A stretch of DNA of 64,000 bases. It comes from the human T2T-CHM13v2.0 reference genome, Homo sapiens. The notes beneath the pieces were generated by a model, which saw nothing but the letters and a program-made list of their open reading frames with translations, did not search any database and was not told the DNA's origin. The stretch lies in the NCBI RefSeq assembly GCF_009914755.1, contig NC_060928.1. One strand, given 5' to 3'. Positions 41,909-55,194 of the stretch are shown here, in pieces (position 1 is the first letter of the stretch; the number at the start of each line of letters is the position of its first letter). A program made the translations under genes and the position numbers.

Positions 41909-42099
41909 CACATGTACTTTGGTAATTATTTATCTATGTGAACATAGCACTTTTAAGTACATATGAATAGATATACCTTTATGTATATAAACCAAAATTT
42001 TGAAATAGTATTCCCACAAAATATATTATTGTTGCTAAATAAATACCCATATAGACACAATATATAAATGGCTAAAAATATGGTTATATTATTGTAATA

Positions 42100-42355
42100 A
42101 CCTGAGAGATATAATATGGAAGTTAAGAGGTTAGCCTAGGAGTAAGAAACATTCTGAATTCTGACAGTGTCTCTTAAAAGACTAACTTGTGATGCATCAG
42201 TTTCCTTGACTGTATCATGGATGTGATAAACATATATAACTCAAAGAGTTATCATGAAGTCTGAAAGAAACACTAAATGTAAAGCAGTTGGCACAGAACC
42301 TAGCACACGTTAAACTCAATAGATGTTATTTGTATGGTTCTAATCATTATTATTA
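42100..42355 (+). mobile_element. MIR
   Basis: 'cagtttccttgactgtatcatggatg...aaatgtaaagcagttggcacagaacctagcacac'. Confidence 0.65.
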
Positions 42356-44264
42356 TTTCTCTGGCTTTCACCCAAACCTGCTCTTGCAGACTTTGAGACC
42401 TCTGATAATCTTACTCACCTATTCTGAACATTCCTGCATGGTGTCCTCACTGTGCCTGTGTACATGGCATCTCAGCCTTCCCCAAACGGAGAGTGTAGGA
42501 AGAAGGAATGGTGGCTATTGGCAAAGAAAGTGTATGACCACAGCAGCTCCACCCAAGAAGCTGTGTACCTCTTCTTAATCAATCTCATTCATGCCATCAA
42601 TGTAGTAATCTACCCTTCAACCCTCTATCATCCTTCTGCCCTCACACAGCCACGTCTAGGCACTGCCTCCTCCTATTCTTCTGCCACCCGAGCCCTAGGT
42701 ATTCTCCTGATGTGCCAGAGTAACTCTGGGTTCTGTGTCAAAAGTGGAGAAAACACTTTGCTGCATCTGTTGTATTACACTTGTGACATAGGTACAAAAA
42801 TTATTTTGTCTTGTGACTCAATATTCTGTAGAGTTTTTAGTGTGGGAGAGATTGAGAGAGCCTGTAGGTTAGGGTACAATAGGAATGATCTAAAGAATTT
42901 TATTACAATCACCATTATTTATGTTCCAATAATAGAGTCAGATTACTAGATACAGTAAATTTATTTGTCTTGTATTTCCATTAGAAGAGAAAGTCACTCT
43001 TGTTAGCACTCTTCAAAGTCTCCCATCCCAGTTCTATGCACAGTGAATCTGAACCCTTGTGTGCCTGGGAACAGAGCCTGAAATGGGCTAACACAAGATC
43101 AAAATCTCTTTGATATCTTGTCTGTTACCTTAGAAAAAATAGTCACAAGAATTTAGCATCGTCTTCATGATATTATGTGAATATGAAATACTAGTATTCT
43201 TCTTCCGGATCTTTGAGTCCGTTTCATGGCTTGGATACCCTCTGCAATGTCACATCAACTTTAAGAGAACTCATATCCCAAGGCTGGGATCCCAGACAAG
43301 CCTTGGAATAAATGAGTTCTCTCCCAGCAGATCCCTCCTTTGTTAGTACTTGGTGGAAAAATAGATTTTTGGCATATACTTTCCACCCATTTGTCAAGTA
43401 TGCCCTGACATAGCTGAATCCCAGCAATGAACACAATTTAAGGCTAAGCTTGATTCTCCTGTCCTCTAACAGATTTAAACACTACTTCAGAGCCATTATC
43501 AAGAACCTCAGTTTTTATTATACCACCTGCCTGTGTATTTGCCTGTTAAATGTGAGATTCTATTGGCTGAATAGTCAGGAGCAGAAGGTTTGCTGTGCAT
43601 AATTCCTGATGTGAATCGCATTTCTTCAAAGTATGGGCATGCACGAGGGAAGCATTTGATAAATGTCTCTTAAAGATAATGCCTTGCATGGAAGTATCAC
43701 TTTATACGAAGATATATCGGGTCATCCAAAGGCATTCAAGACCTTACAGAAAATAAAACCTATGCAATTAGTTCCCTTCATAGACTTAAGCATTTAAAAG
43801 TAATGGATCCATATAAATTATTGCATTCCCTACTCACACCAATTAAAATTTTCTCAGATGGTTCAGTCAGTGGCCCATATGTATTATAGCTCTAGTAACT
43901 CTCATCTCTTTCATAGATGCAAGTCAACCATATGTAGTGACATAGGCTGTGCCAGAAGTACCAAAATAGTTTTTGAAAATGAATGCTTCTGCACTGTGGC
44001 TCATAAAATCACCTGTTAATTATAAACGTAAGTTGACTCAGCCCAGTATTAGTTGAATGACTTAAACGTAATTTTTAAAATGCAGGGAAATCAGCAGCTA
44101 AAGGGAGTCACCAAAGACTTAGTAAAAAAGTAATAAGATTAAGCCATGTTACTATCATCTCCTAATCCACGTGGTTTTCCAGGAAACATGTGGAACTCAC
44201 TGCAATCCTCTGAGACACAGCGGTACATGGCCTCTGCAATGGTTTTGCTTAAAAAGAACAACCT

Positions 44265-44620
44265 ACCATAAAAAACAATGAAGCACTGATGCATGCTGCA
44301 ACATGGACAGACCTTGAAAATACTAGGCATAGCAAGAGAAGCCAGTCACAAAAGGCCACATGGTGTATGGTTACATTCATACAAAATCTCCAGGATAGGT
44401 ACATCCATAGAGAAAGGAAGTCAATTTGTGGTTGCCAGAGTCTAAGGGAGGGAAGAATGGGAAGTGACTGCTGATAACTACAATATTTCTTTTAGGGGTG
44501 ATGAAAGTTCCAAATTTAGATAGTAATGATGGTTGTATAACTCTGTGACTCTTCTAAGAACCACTGAATTGTACACTATAAAAGTGTAAATTTTATGGTA
44601 GATGAATTACATCTCAACCA
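44265..44620 (+). mobile_element. L1MB-type 3' end
   Basis: 'atgctgcaacatggacagaccttgaaaa...gaagccagtcacaaaaggccacat...ccactgaattgtacact...tgaattacatctcaa'. Confidence 0.85.
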
Positions 44621-45937
44621 ACCAGGGTGTGGTAACAAGTGGAGCTCAGGAACAGGGAAGGATGAAGCATGATAAAGAAAGCTAAGGCCCGGTCACAATC
44701 AAAATCCTCAGAAGGGCTGCACTGGAATTATCCCTTCCTACACAAGCCTGCAACGTAAAGTCCAGAATAATTCTTGGACCTTAGAGTTTCTATTCCCAAG
44801 ATCCAAAAATCAAGTTACTCACGTGTTTGTGTTTTATTTTTTCTTTCTTTCTTTTCCCCCTCATTGGATTTTCTAATAATTTTGAGTCAGGTGGAGGGGA
44901 GTCTGCTTTTCTCGTGCTGTTCATTATGGAAATTGATTTGACCCTTATTTGCATCTATTTGCACCACCATCAAGCTGATTTAGAATCCAGGGGTGGTTGC
45001 AACCTCCTCTGAAGCTGGCAGATTTGCTCTAAAAACAGAGCCCTGGAACTTTCCAACCAGCTCTGAAGAACTTGGTCTCTTGCCCTTTTGATTTCTGCAC
45101 AGTATGGGCAGAGTTTCAGAGAAATACAACCAGTGGTAAAGGAAAGAAAGGAAACCTTTGTTGCCATCTGCTATAAATAGCCTCCATTCCCTTGCTTTCC
45201 CGCCAAGCTGCTAGTCAACCCTGCCATCGTGGGTTGCACATCTGAAATGAATACATTGGGCCTTGGAGCAGGTGGCCCCAGGCCAGTTTGCAGGCTGCTA
45301 AGCAGAAGGAAAGGTGTTCAATCTTAAACAATCCAATATAGCTTGAGCACGGCAATTATCCCTGCTGGGCTGACTCACAAGTTTCTTACTAGCCTCAGAA
45401 GGGCAGGACTGCAACCTGGGGGCCAATGTGCCAAGGTGATAAGAACTTAGGAGAAGGCAGAGTTTACCAGGCTTAGCTGTTCTTCCCTCTCTTCTCTGCT
45501 TTCCCTTTTCTTTATCTGACACCTGCTCTACTTGGTTTCTTTATGTGTCCAACAACAACCCCCATCCTCACCTTCCCTATGCAGCCTGCACTCTCTTTTA
45601 TTGTCAGAATGGAAATCACTTTATTGCTGTTTATGATTGTAAAGTATTGAATTCTCATTGTAAAAGAAGAAAGATCAGTTTACAAAGAAAGAGAAGAAAA
45701 AAAGGCATAAATATTAACTGTACTCTCACCATGCAAAGAAATTCACTCATACTTCAAATGCATAGTCTTCATATTCAAAGGGACTATTTCTTTTTCCAAA
45801 ATGAAAGCTAAGAGACATATATAGTTTTCACTTCGAAATCCATCATGCGCATCTTTCCATTTCAATAAATATAGATCTACTCTACCATTTTTAGCAATCC
45901 ATAAATGTATCCATAATTTGGACAGTCTGTTTCTTCT

Positions 45938-45941
45938 ATAA

Positions 45942-45975
<34 letters not shown>

Positions 45976-45976
45976 T
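45938..45976. repeat. (TA)n(CA)n microsatellite
   Basis: Seen directly. Confidence 0.9.
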
Positions 45977-47401
45977 CGTAGATAATGTACACATTTGCAG
46001 TTTTTTTCGTATCTCCAAATTTATCCATGAGGCCCTCATTCTGTCCTCAAGTTTTCCATATTTCCTCAGTCGCACCTGACATCTGTGCCTTCTGCTGCCC
46101 CGAACTGTCTGATCATCACAAGTTACCCATCCCAGGCCCTACTCCTTAAGACAGTATCTGCTTGGTGATAACTGGAAAGCTGTTAGGAATAAAGTGAGCT
46201 AATGGGTTAATTGGTACAGTGGTCTTTATTTAGTTTCCACAGATAACTGGAATAGGGATGGCTTTAGAAATAACCTGACGCGGCATTTCCCCAAGTTGTG
46301 GGTTCATAAGAACTTAGGTTGGGGTGCAGGAGCTAGGTTGAATATTTAAAAGTCTGCTGACTTCTCCGCAGAGATTTCAATGTGATTAGTACTGCATGGG
46401 GTCTAGAAAGCCGTCATTTAATAAGGATTCCATGAGATTCTTTGGATGAGTCAAATTTCAGAAAACCTGATTTTATCAAATTTTTTAATCTTTAAAATGA
46501 AGTAATACAAGAGCAAATATATATAATTTGTCTCATTTACATGAACTATTAGGGGCAGGACTTAAGGTAATGTCTACATTTTTCTATCCCCAAGCCTGTC
46601 ATCTTTTCACTGCATTAGAGCTATTTTTTCTAAGGAAAAATTGTATTAGAACTTTAACTTCTGATTAGAACACTGTAGCAGGAAAGATTTTTGGCTGGTA
46701 CATAGTGATAATTCTAGAACTCAAAGTGTACTTAAGAGAGATTGAGGCAAGAAATGGCATTTTATTGAAACTCAAATCATATATCTTGCAAATGGCTGTT
46801 TACTTCCTATTTGGGTGTGTGCATGTGTGTGTGCATACACAGCCACATGTTGGTCTTAAAAATAATTAAAGTTAAATATGATTATAGAACCAATAATACA
46901 AGAATAAACCATCTGTAGAGTTTTTTCTAGACTTGTTTCCGATGAGGAAAAAAAAAAAATACCAGTGCTAATGCAGAAAGACTGGATCTAATCAAAAGCA
47001 AAGTTTTTCCTTTATTTGAGTCTGTCTTCATCTGTGCAGAACTGCTTCAGCAAGATATTCAACTTTCATTGAAAATATGTGGAACAAAGAACACACAGAC
47101 AGAAAGAAGGATCCTTAAATCGATATTTACTAGGGAGATACTTACACGGTCTGGTGGTCAACTCGGCCTTGGTGTTTATATATAATAAGTACCTGGTAGA
47201 ATTTTTTTTTGATTCAAAACTTTATAAAGATAACAAAAGTGGTCATTTAAAATGCCCTAACTCATGGAGTAGGAACTATAATGAAGTCCTTCCAATTTTC
47301 AGGAAGACTATAATTCTTCCCGTTGGTAGAGCTTTAGGTAGCACACCCTGTTGAACACTTTGTGTAGAAGGATAAATAGCCTTACTGACCTTCATGGTAC
47401 C

Positions 47402-47848
47402 TGCTATGGGTTGAATTGTGCTTCCCCTTTGTCCCCAAATTCATATATTTAAGTCCTGATTCTCTGGTCCTCAAATATGACCTTATCCAGAAATAAGGTC
47501 ATTGTAGATATAATTAGTTTAGTAAAATGAGGCCATGCTAGTGCAGGGTGAGCCTTTAATGCAATGATTGGTGTCCTTAGTAAAAGGGGAAATTTGGACC
47601 CAAAAGCAGACACACACACAGGAAGAATGCCATGTCAAGACTGGAGTTCTACTTCCATAAGGCCTGAACTACCAAGAGCTATGAGAGAGGCCCAGGACAG
47701 GTTGTTTCCTAGAGCCTTCAGAGAAACATGACCTTCCAACCCTTTGGTCTAGGACTTTTGGCCTCCAGATCAGTGAGAAAATATATTTCTGGTTTCTAAG
47801 CCACTCAGTTTGTGGTACTTTGTTACATCTACCTAGGAAACTAACAGA
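47402..47848 (+). mobile_element. MLT1B/C (MaLR) solo LTR
   Basis: 'tgctatgggttgaattgtg...aagccactcagtttgtggtactttgttaca...ggaaactaacaga'; perfect 5-bp TSD GTACC (47397-47401 / 47849-47853). Confidence 0.92.
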
Positions 47849-47853
47849 GTACC

Positions 47854-48641
47854 CTTCAGAACATGACCTCCAACCAGGTAATACATTTTAAGGCAAGGGC
47901 AATGCAACAATGGGCTAATACCCGTGACACTCACTGATTTAATCATACAAAAGCTTAATGGATTTGGAGATCCTAATGCCAGTGAGAGACACCTGCAACA
48001 AGATACTGAGCCTGATTTTCTTGAAATAGAAGCTGATTCTTCCCCTCAGCTATTTCATGTTCCTTATGCAGCTGCACATCAGTGGTAAGACAAGAGTGTC
48101 TATGCTTGCACAGGTGGCTAATCCTGGGTCATTGGATTGCTGGCATCAATGAATACAAGGAGGGCCAGATTTCAAACATCAAATGTCCCTAGGGACATCT
48201 CTTAATACTTCTTATCTAATAGTAATAATGAATAGAAAACCGAATCTACCCAGTGTCCTCCTCAACTCCCACCAAAGACAAGATCACTAAGGACACAGAC
48301 CTATTGAAATAAAGGTTTGGGTCACCACTCATCCAGCCAAGGTGTGAGGAACCTGAAATAGATGGTAGAAGATGGGAATTATGATGGACAACTTAGGCCT
48401 TATGATCAGCCACTAAAGCCGAACAAAAGCAACTAAACATTATGATTCTTTATGCTTTCTCATCTTCCACTAATTTATATCATGACTGTTGGCTAACGTT
48501 TTAAGTTTCATGTAGAAGAATGAAGAAATTGACATCACCCTCACTATGATATATTTAATAGTAATGTTTTTGTGTGTCTCTTTGTTTGGGCTGTACATAT
48601 TACAGAACAAGAATGGTTGCCCAGGGACGAGAGGGCTTGAT
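47854..48641 (+). mobile_element. Highly degraded ERVL internal 3' region (integrase-end homology)
   Basis: 'gaccaggtaatacattttaaggcaagggcaatgcaacaatgggct'-like integrase relic; 'aataaaggtttgggtcac' is shared with the HERV-L at ~59948; leads into an LTR. Confidence 0.6.
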
Positions 48642-49135
48642 TGTGTTGTAGGTTATCTCTTTTTCTCTCTAGATCTGCTCACTTCTCTCTCCCACATCTT
48701 GTTCTTTGTTTTGGGAGGCTAATCTATAAAAGTCTCATCAATGGACTCCCAGAATCTTTGGCTTCCTGTTAGAGTCAACCAATGGGGAGCACTGGCTAGA
48801 AACCAAGGAAAGGGAAAAAGAAGAAATCGTGTAGTTTTCCTCACTCTCCTCATTAAGTCATTGTGCTTGACTGGCTATATTCTCATTAGAAGATGAAAGG
48901 GCCTATCTTCACCTTATATTTTTCCCTTTGCTTCCAGTAACTGTTCTCTCTCTCTGCTCCTTTATTCCTAGAAATGTTAATGTGTGCTGCCCACCCCCAC
49001 ATTCATAGTCCCTGGTTATTTCTCTCTATTCTTTGTGGTTTCCTATATCTTTGAAGGCACTTTCTCTATTAAACACTCTTAAAATTACTTGATTTGTGTA
49101 TGTCATCATTTATTTGCTAGGACTCTGACAGAAAG
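48642..49135 (+). mobile_element. LTR33-like ERVL 3' LTR
   Basis: 'ctttggcttcctgttagagtcaaccaatggggagcactggctaga' and 'ttctctattaaacactctt...tgctaggactctgaca'. Confidence 0.65.
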
Positions 49136-50052
49136 AAACTCTTGTTTAACCATATGTATAATGTAAACAAAATTATATTTAGCAAATTCAAATTGTATGT
49201 AAATGAAATTCCCATTTTAATTTCCAATTATTCCTCCCTAAGAAATTGATGAAAACCCCTAGCTGACAGTGAGTGGGTTCAATCTAGTATAGATTTCGTT
49301 CTATTGGCAGTGGCTGTATTTGGCTAACCCTCAATTCATGAGAATTGAGCTGCTCTTGTCCCATAGCAGTCTGCATTATGTTGTTCTGTTCTTATATCCA
49401 GGACATTTTTATATCCAAGTTCATTTTTCTCAAATGTTGGGCTATCTGCTTATTTAGCTATGCTATTTCTAAAATTTGTTATCCCTTCAATATATTTTTG
49501 CAAAGTTCTACCCGGGTGTTATTTTACCCTGGCAATGCCTTTATCCCCACCTCTCTCCCTATATTCTTCCTCTCCCTTTCCTTCCTCCCCTTTCCTCTCA
49601 TTACTCTGTAATTGCACAGAGGAGTGATGGGAGAGCATTTCATTCTGCCTCTCTCGTGGAAGGGGTAACTTTCTTATTGGGAACTAAGGTCAAAGGAATC
49701 ATGCCCCCTGTTTAACAGTGGCTGTAGCTTCTTAGAGGTGTTATTATTAAACTGTCATATGCGTGATTTCAGATGGTTTCACTACAATCTTCCTGCTACT
49801 GATTTTATGTAGGAATTCTTTACAGAGTATGTCAGCTGTTAACAACATACTGCCCTTGAAGCATTTTAACATAATAGATATCTGAGGCTAAGAAGAAACA
49901 GTATGGTCCATGAGGCACCCTATCATCACCATAATCAACAACATTTTGAAGACACCTTATTTTGGGGAGACAAGGTTTTGAATCACGTCTTGGTACCACA
50001 GGCACTCTTGGGGTGGATTTTTCCATTTTTATGATAAGCAAAACCTACTTTT

Positions 50053-50360
50053 GGCCAGGCATGGTGGCTCACACCTGTAATCCCAGCACTTTGGGAGGCT
50101 GACACAGGCAGATCACTTGAGGTCAGGAGTTCGAGACCAGCCTGGCCAACATGGCAAAACCCCATCTCTGGTGAAAATACAAAAATTAGCCGGGCATTTT
50201 GGCTCACACCTGTAATCTCAGCTACTAGGGAAGCTGAGTCAGGAGGATTGCTTGAGCCTACAAGGCAGAGTTTGCAGTGAGCTGTGATTGTGCTACTTCA
50301 CTCCAGCCTGGGCGACAGAGTGGGACTCTGTCTCAAAACAAACAAACAAACAAACAAAAA
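50053..50360 (+). mobile_element. Old Alu (Sz6/Jb-like) with (CAAA)n tail
   Basis: Full dimer with 'ggaggattgcttgagcc'. Confidence 0.93.
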
Positions 50361-51264
50361 ATACTCTTTTAGAGACTATGACTCAGAGCCTTCTTTCTTT
50401 TCTTGAGTGGAGGCCATTCAACTCAACTCTATGAAATTCATTGTGATTTCCCTTAATTACAACCCCAAAATATATCTGAAACACTATGGTGCTTGGTACT
50501 GTAAGAGATTAAATAATGACTAAGTTGCTATCATGTTATTCTTAGTACATTTCCAGTCTCAATTTCACTTATTCTTGCTCCAGTCTCAATTTCACTTCTT
50601 GTTTATCATTCATGTTTGTTTCTCCCCCATGTGCTCAGGTCCTTCAAGTTGTTCCCTGGTTGGCCAAAGCCTGATAGTTCTGTGTCCTATCCTTGGTTGG
50701 ACCTCACGAAGCTAAAGCTCTTTTTTCATTATTTTTAAGAAAATAGTCCTACTCTCCATGCATTCCAAGGAAGACATGCCTTAATCAGTGTACAAGATCT
50801 AATAAACTCATTTCCACTATTTTTCTCTAAGGCAAAATAGGAACTGGTAAGAACTAACTTGATTATCTCTCCCTGGAGCCAAGTTTGTGTTTCGGTATAA
50901 TTCTATGGGGCAATGGAGTCTGTTACTAATAAAACTCAAAGTTTCAATGGAAAATAAGTTGGGAAAAAGACCCTAGATAGGAAGCGCCCAGATGTTTTCC
51001 ATTGATTTTCATCTTGCCAGTAGGGTTCTTTCTCCCACTGTTACCACATGGAGATTCTCTTTCCAGAGTTCTTCTCAGTGAAAACCTTAGATGGTTCTGT
51101 GCTTTGCATCTGTAATTGTGGGATTGGCTATATCAAAGAGAATAAACTCGATGTGAAAGGTGATGCTGAGAAAAAAAAGAATCCAAAACCATTTATGCAA
51201 CTGTCCTATCATTCTCCTTCTGGAGCACTTTTTTGTAGTGCTTTGGGCTCTATTTTCTCCTACA

Positions 51265-52170
51265 TGTATTGAGGCATATAATTTGCATATAATAAAATAT
51301 ACTCTTTTAGATGAACATTTCTATGCATTTTGATAAACTTTTGTAGTCAAGTAACCACCAAAAGTCAAGATGTACGATATTTCTATCACTACCCTTCGCC
51401 CCACACACTGCCAAATTTCTCTGTGTTCCTTTGTAGGCGATACACTTTCCTCACTCCCAGACCCTAGCAACCTCTGATCTGAAGTCTTTCCCTTTAGTTT
51501 GCCTTCTTTGAATGCTATGTAAGAGGAATCATACAGTCTTGTAGCCTTTTGAGTCTTACTTTTTTCACTTAGCGTAATATGCTATTCTGTTTCATGCTTT
51601 AGAACTTCATTTCTCTTTTTATTGCTGAGTGGTGTTTTACACTTTGTTTAATCATTCACAAGCTGGCAATTATTGGCATTGTTTCAAGTTTGTGACAATT
51701 ATAAATAAAGTCACTATTAAAATCCACATACAGTTTTCTGTGTAGACATGTATCTTCACTTCTCTTTGGTAAACACCAAGGAATGCATTGATGAGATGTG
51801 TGGTAAATTATGTTTAACTTCATAAGAAACTACCAAACTGTTTTATAAAGAGCTGTGTCATTTTGAATTTGTACCAGCAATATATTAGCATTCCAGTTCC
51901 CCAACATCATCTCTAACATTTGGTACTGTCACTTTTTTTTTTTTCAATTTAAGCCATTCTAATAATTGGGTAGTGGTATTTCTTTGTGGTTGTAATCTGC
52001 ATTTCTTTAATGGTTAACACTGTTGTATATCTTTTCATGTGACCGTTTGTCATCCATATATCTTCTGTAGTGAACTGTCAGTTCAAATATGGAAACTATT
52101 TGGAGTTGTTTGTTTCATTATTATTGAGTTTCAAGAGTTATCTATATATTCTGGCTATTAACCCTTTTTC
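51265..52170 (-). mobile_element. L1M (MC/MD-type) 3' fragment
   Basis: 'attgaggcatataatttgcatataataaaat...tgtttaacttcataagaaactaccaaactgtttt...ttattattgagtttcaagagtt'. Confidence 0.85.
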
Positions 52171-52369
52171 ATGTGTGTGTATGTGTATGTGAATTCAAGT
52201 AGCTCCCTTACAAATATGCAAACCAAAAGAAAGAATCATATCATAATTGTCTTACCAGATTTTGAGTATTATTCAACAGCAGCTATTATACTCCTCCTTC
52301 AATCGTTGTAATCTTAAAATTTTAGATTAAAAAACAACTGCTTTGAAAGTTGTGTGAAAACTAAGGACT

Positions 52370-52545
52370 CTGTATAAATGCATATATATATGGGTATACA
52401 TATACACACATAAATATATGCATATATGTATATATACACATAAATATATAAACATATATATTTATGTGTGTGTATATATATAGACACACATATATACACA
52501 TATATATTTATATATGTGTATACATACACACACAGAGTGAGAGTA
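52370..52545. repeat. (TA)n/(CA)n compound low-complexity tract
   Basis: Seen directly. Confidence 0.9.
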
Positions 52546-52894
52546 AGAGTGCACCAGAGAGAGACAAATTGTCGCATTCCTTTCTAGGAGTCCACAAGAT
52601 AACTACTCCTCAGGTGTTATATAAACTATGAATCATGAACCTCAGGTTAGAAACTCAAGTGTGACCCCATAAATGCCATCTTGCATCACTATAATTATCT
52701 GCCTTCTTTATCTTAGTTTGACACACACTATTTCCTGATGCTGAAAAAAATCACACAACTGTGCAAACTAATACACAGTAGATACATTTTCATTCATTTT
52801 AGTAAGGTCTGCACAGCTACACAATAATTTTGTTTATCACTCCGCTTACTTCCATGTTTAATTCCCAGAGAGGCCAGTCAACAGTCACCATTTA

Positions 52895-55115
52895 CAAGTT
52901 CTCTTTATCACCTCTGTCCCCTTCACTTTCAGAAGATAATCTTGATACCTTCTTCCTGGAGAAATAGAATAAATCAAGTGTGAATGAATTCCCCATTTAA
53001 TTCAAACTTAGGCCTGTACCGATCCTTTCTTCCTTCTAATCTCAGACAGAGATGTGACTCTCTTTCAGGCAATGCTAATTCTTTCATCTGGGCTCTCGAT
53101 ACCATTTTATCCTAAGCCTTGTTTCAGGAAACATCTCCTCCCCCTGTATTATTAATGTTTCCCTCTTAAATCACTGTTTATTCTCAAGATGTGATCATGT
53201 TTATCTTTTACCATATTAAAAAAAAACTCCCTCCACTGTGTAGCTCACTTCTCATTTCTCCTCCTTCTTTACCCCACCTATTTCTCGTCTATTACAACCA
53301 AGGTTTTTAGAACATGTTACTCTTACTGGCTCTAATGACTCTAATTTTCAATCCAGTACCAACTCTGTGGTAACCCCAAGGCTCCATTAAAATCATTATA
53401 AGTAATAAATAACTTAACAAATAGTCTAATTACAAAACAAATGAACTGATTATTTTTTACCCTTATAATACCTGACCTCTTGGAAATATTTGATATTGTT
53501 GACTATTTCCTGAAATGTATTCTGTTCTTGTCTCCTATAGCAACACTCTCTCCAAACTACTCTATTAGTGTCCACACATTTGTTGTGGTTCTCCTTGACC
53601 TCTTCACCAACCACTATGTTGGTGATACTCAGGCCTCTTTGTTGAGACCATTTTATTATCAGTTTACCTAATGCTCCTGGGTGACTGAACTATGATTTAA
53701 TCATCTATAGATAGATAACTAAACTACCATCTCTCTATAAATTATAAGTCACAACTCTGGACTTCATACCAGTTCACTTTTAGGAGTTCTTCTCATAAGC
53801 CCCTCAAGTCCATCCTGTTCCAAATAGATGTCATCATTGTCACCTTTCCCAAACTATTCTCCAAACTTGTTTCTCCCCGTTATTTCTATCTCTGTGATTA
53901 TTCCTATCATTTTCCTTATCATCCAGTAAGAAGCCTGAGAATCTCACTTCCCATTTCTGAGGAGTCATTTAATCATTCATACATTCATCAATGCAAAAAA
54001 TAGTTATTGAATGGATACCCTATGCCAGTCACTCTGATAACATTTTGCTAAGTGGAATCTTCTCTTAGCTTTCAAACTGCTTAAAATTTAATGTTGCAGA
54101 GGCAACATGCTATATTCGATAAGAGCTTAAGGAGGTGGTATCTTAGTCAGACTGCGGTGGAAGAGTCAGAGAGAACTTACCAGGGGCAACCCTTGAATTG
54201 CATGATAAAGGATGAATGGCTTGGCTAAAGAAAGGAGGAAATAATAATCCAAGAAGGAAGAGCATATTTCAAACCTTTGCAATGCAGTTCTACCTCCTAA
54301 ACCACTCATAATCATTTCACTTTCTCTCCAGATATATGGTCAGAAACTTACATACAGCAGGTCTACCATATTTCTCATCCTTTTAATGCAATTAAAAAGT
54401 CTTCCTAACAGGTCTCGTTGGCCTCTAATATTACCATCCTCCAATCCATCTTCTACACTGGTGCTAGAGTGATCTTTCTGGAGTACCAGCCTGAGCATAT
54501 CTCTCTCCTACCTAAAATGAATCAGTAGCCCCCAATTTTTTTTTTATTTGCATCAAAAGACATAATGATTTAGCCCCTTGCTAGCCTGGCAGGTTCAATG
54601 AATGACCATCATCCGGCACATTATTGATCATTCAGCTTACTGGATATGCTAATGTTCTCATCAGCTTTTGATCCTTTGCATGTGTTGGTTCTTCCTTTTA
54701 GGAATTGATTTTTTCCTTTTGTTAGACTGATAGCCACTTAACACTTCATCAGGCTCAGTTATGAGCTCTTCTTATAAGTCCCCCTTCTTATAAAAACTCA
54801 TAAACTGAGTTCTTCTCAGTTATGAGTCTTGATGAAGTGTAAGTGGTTATCAGTCTAACAAAATATATTAGTCTATCCCTTTAGATGCTCAGGTAAACAA
54901 ACATTACTTCCTTTATGTTCCATAGCAATTTATGCATACATTTATTATGCCATATATTACATCATATTATAACCATTTATGTCTCTATTTCCCCAGAGTT
55001 TCTTGAGGAAAAAAAATATATCTTTATTCATCTCCATATCCTCAATACTCAACATAGTCCATGATATATTTATAAGCTGTTCAAAATATTTATTGAGTGA
55101 ACATGAATTAATGAA
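52895..55115 (+). mobile_element. Degraded L2, containing an opposite-strand L2 piece (~53965-54280) and an inverted insertion at 54717-54863
   Basis: L2 motifs 'atttgatattgttgactatttcctgaaa', 'ctccaatccatcttctacactggtgctagagtgatctttct' and tail 'tatttattgagtgaacatgaa'. Confidence 0.7.
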
Positions 55116-55194
55116 TTAATATTAGGTAGTTCCATTGATTAATGAGAGGGATTTTTGCTGTGAAGCTGAGAACTTTTCTTTTCTATTACCCTAA

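Noticed and set aside
42452-42949. Longest ORF in the track (165 aa)
   Set aside because: It starts at GTG, has no recognisable domain or homology and no supporting exon structure; an ORF this long can arise by chance.
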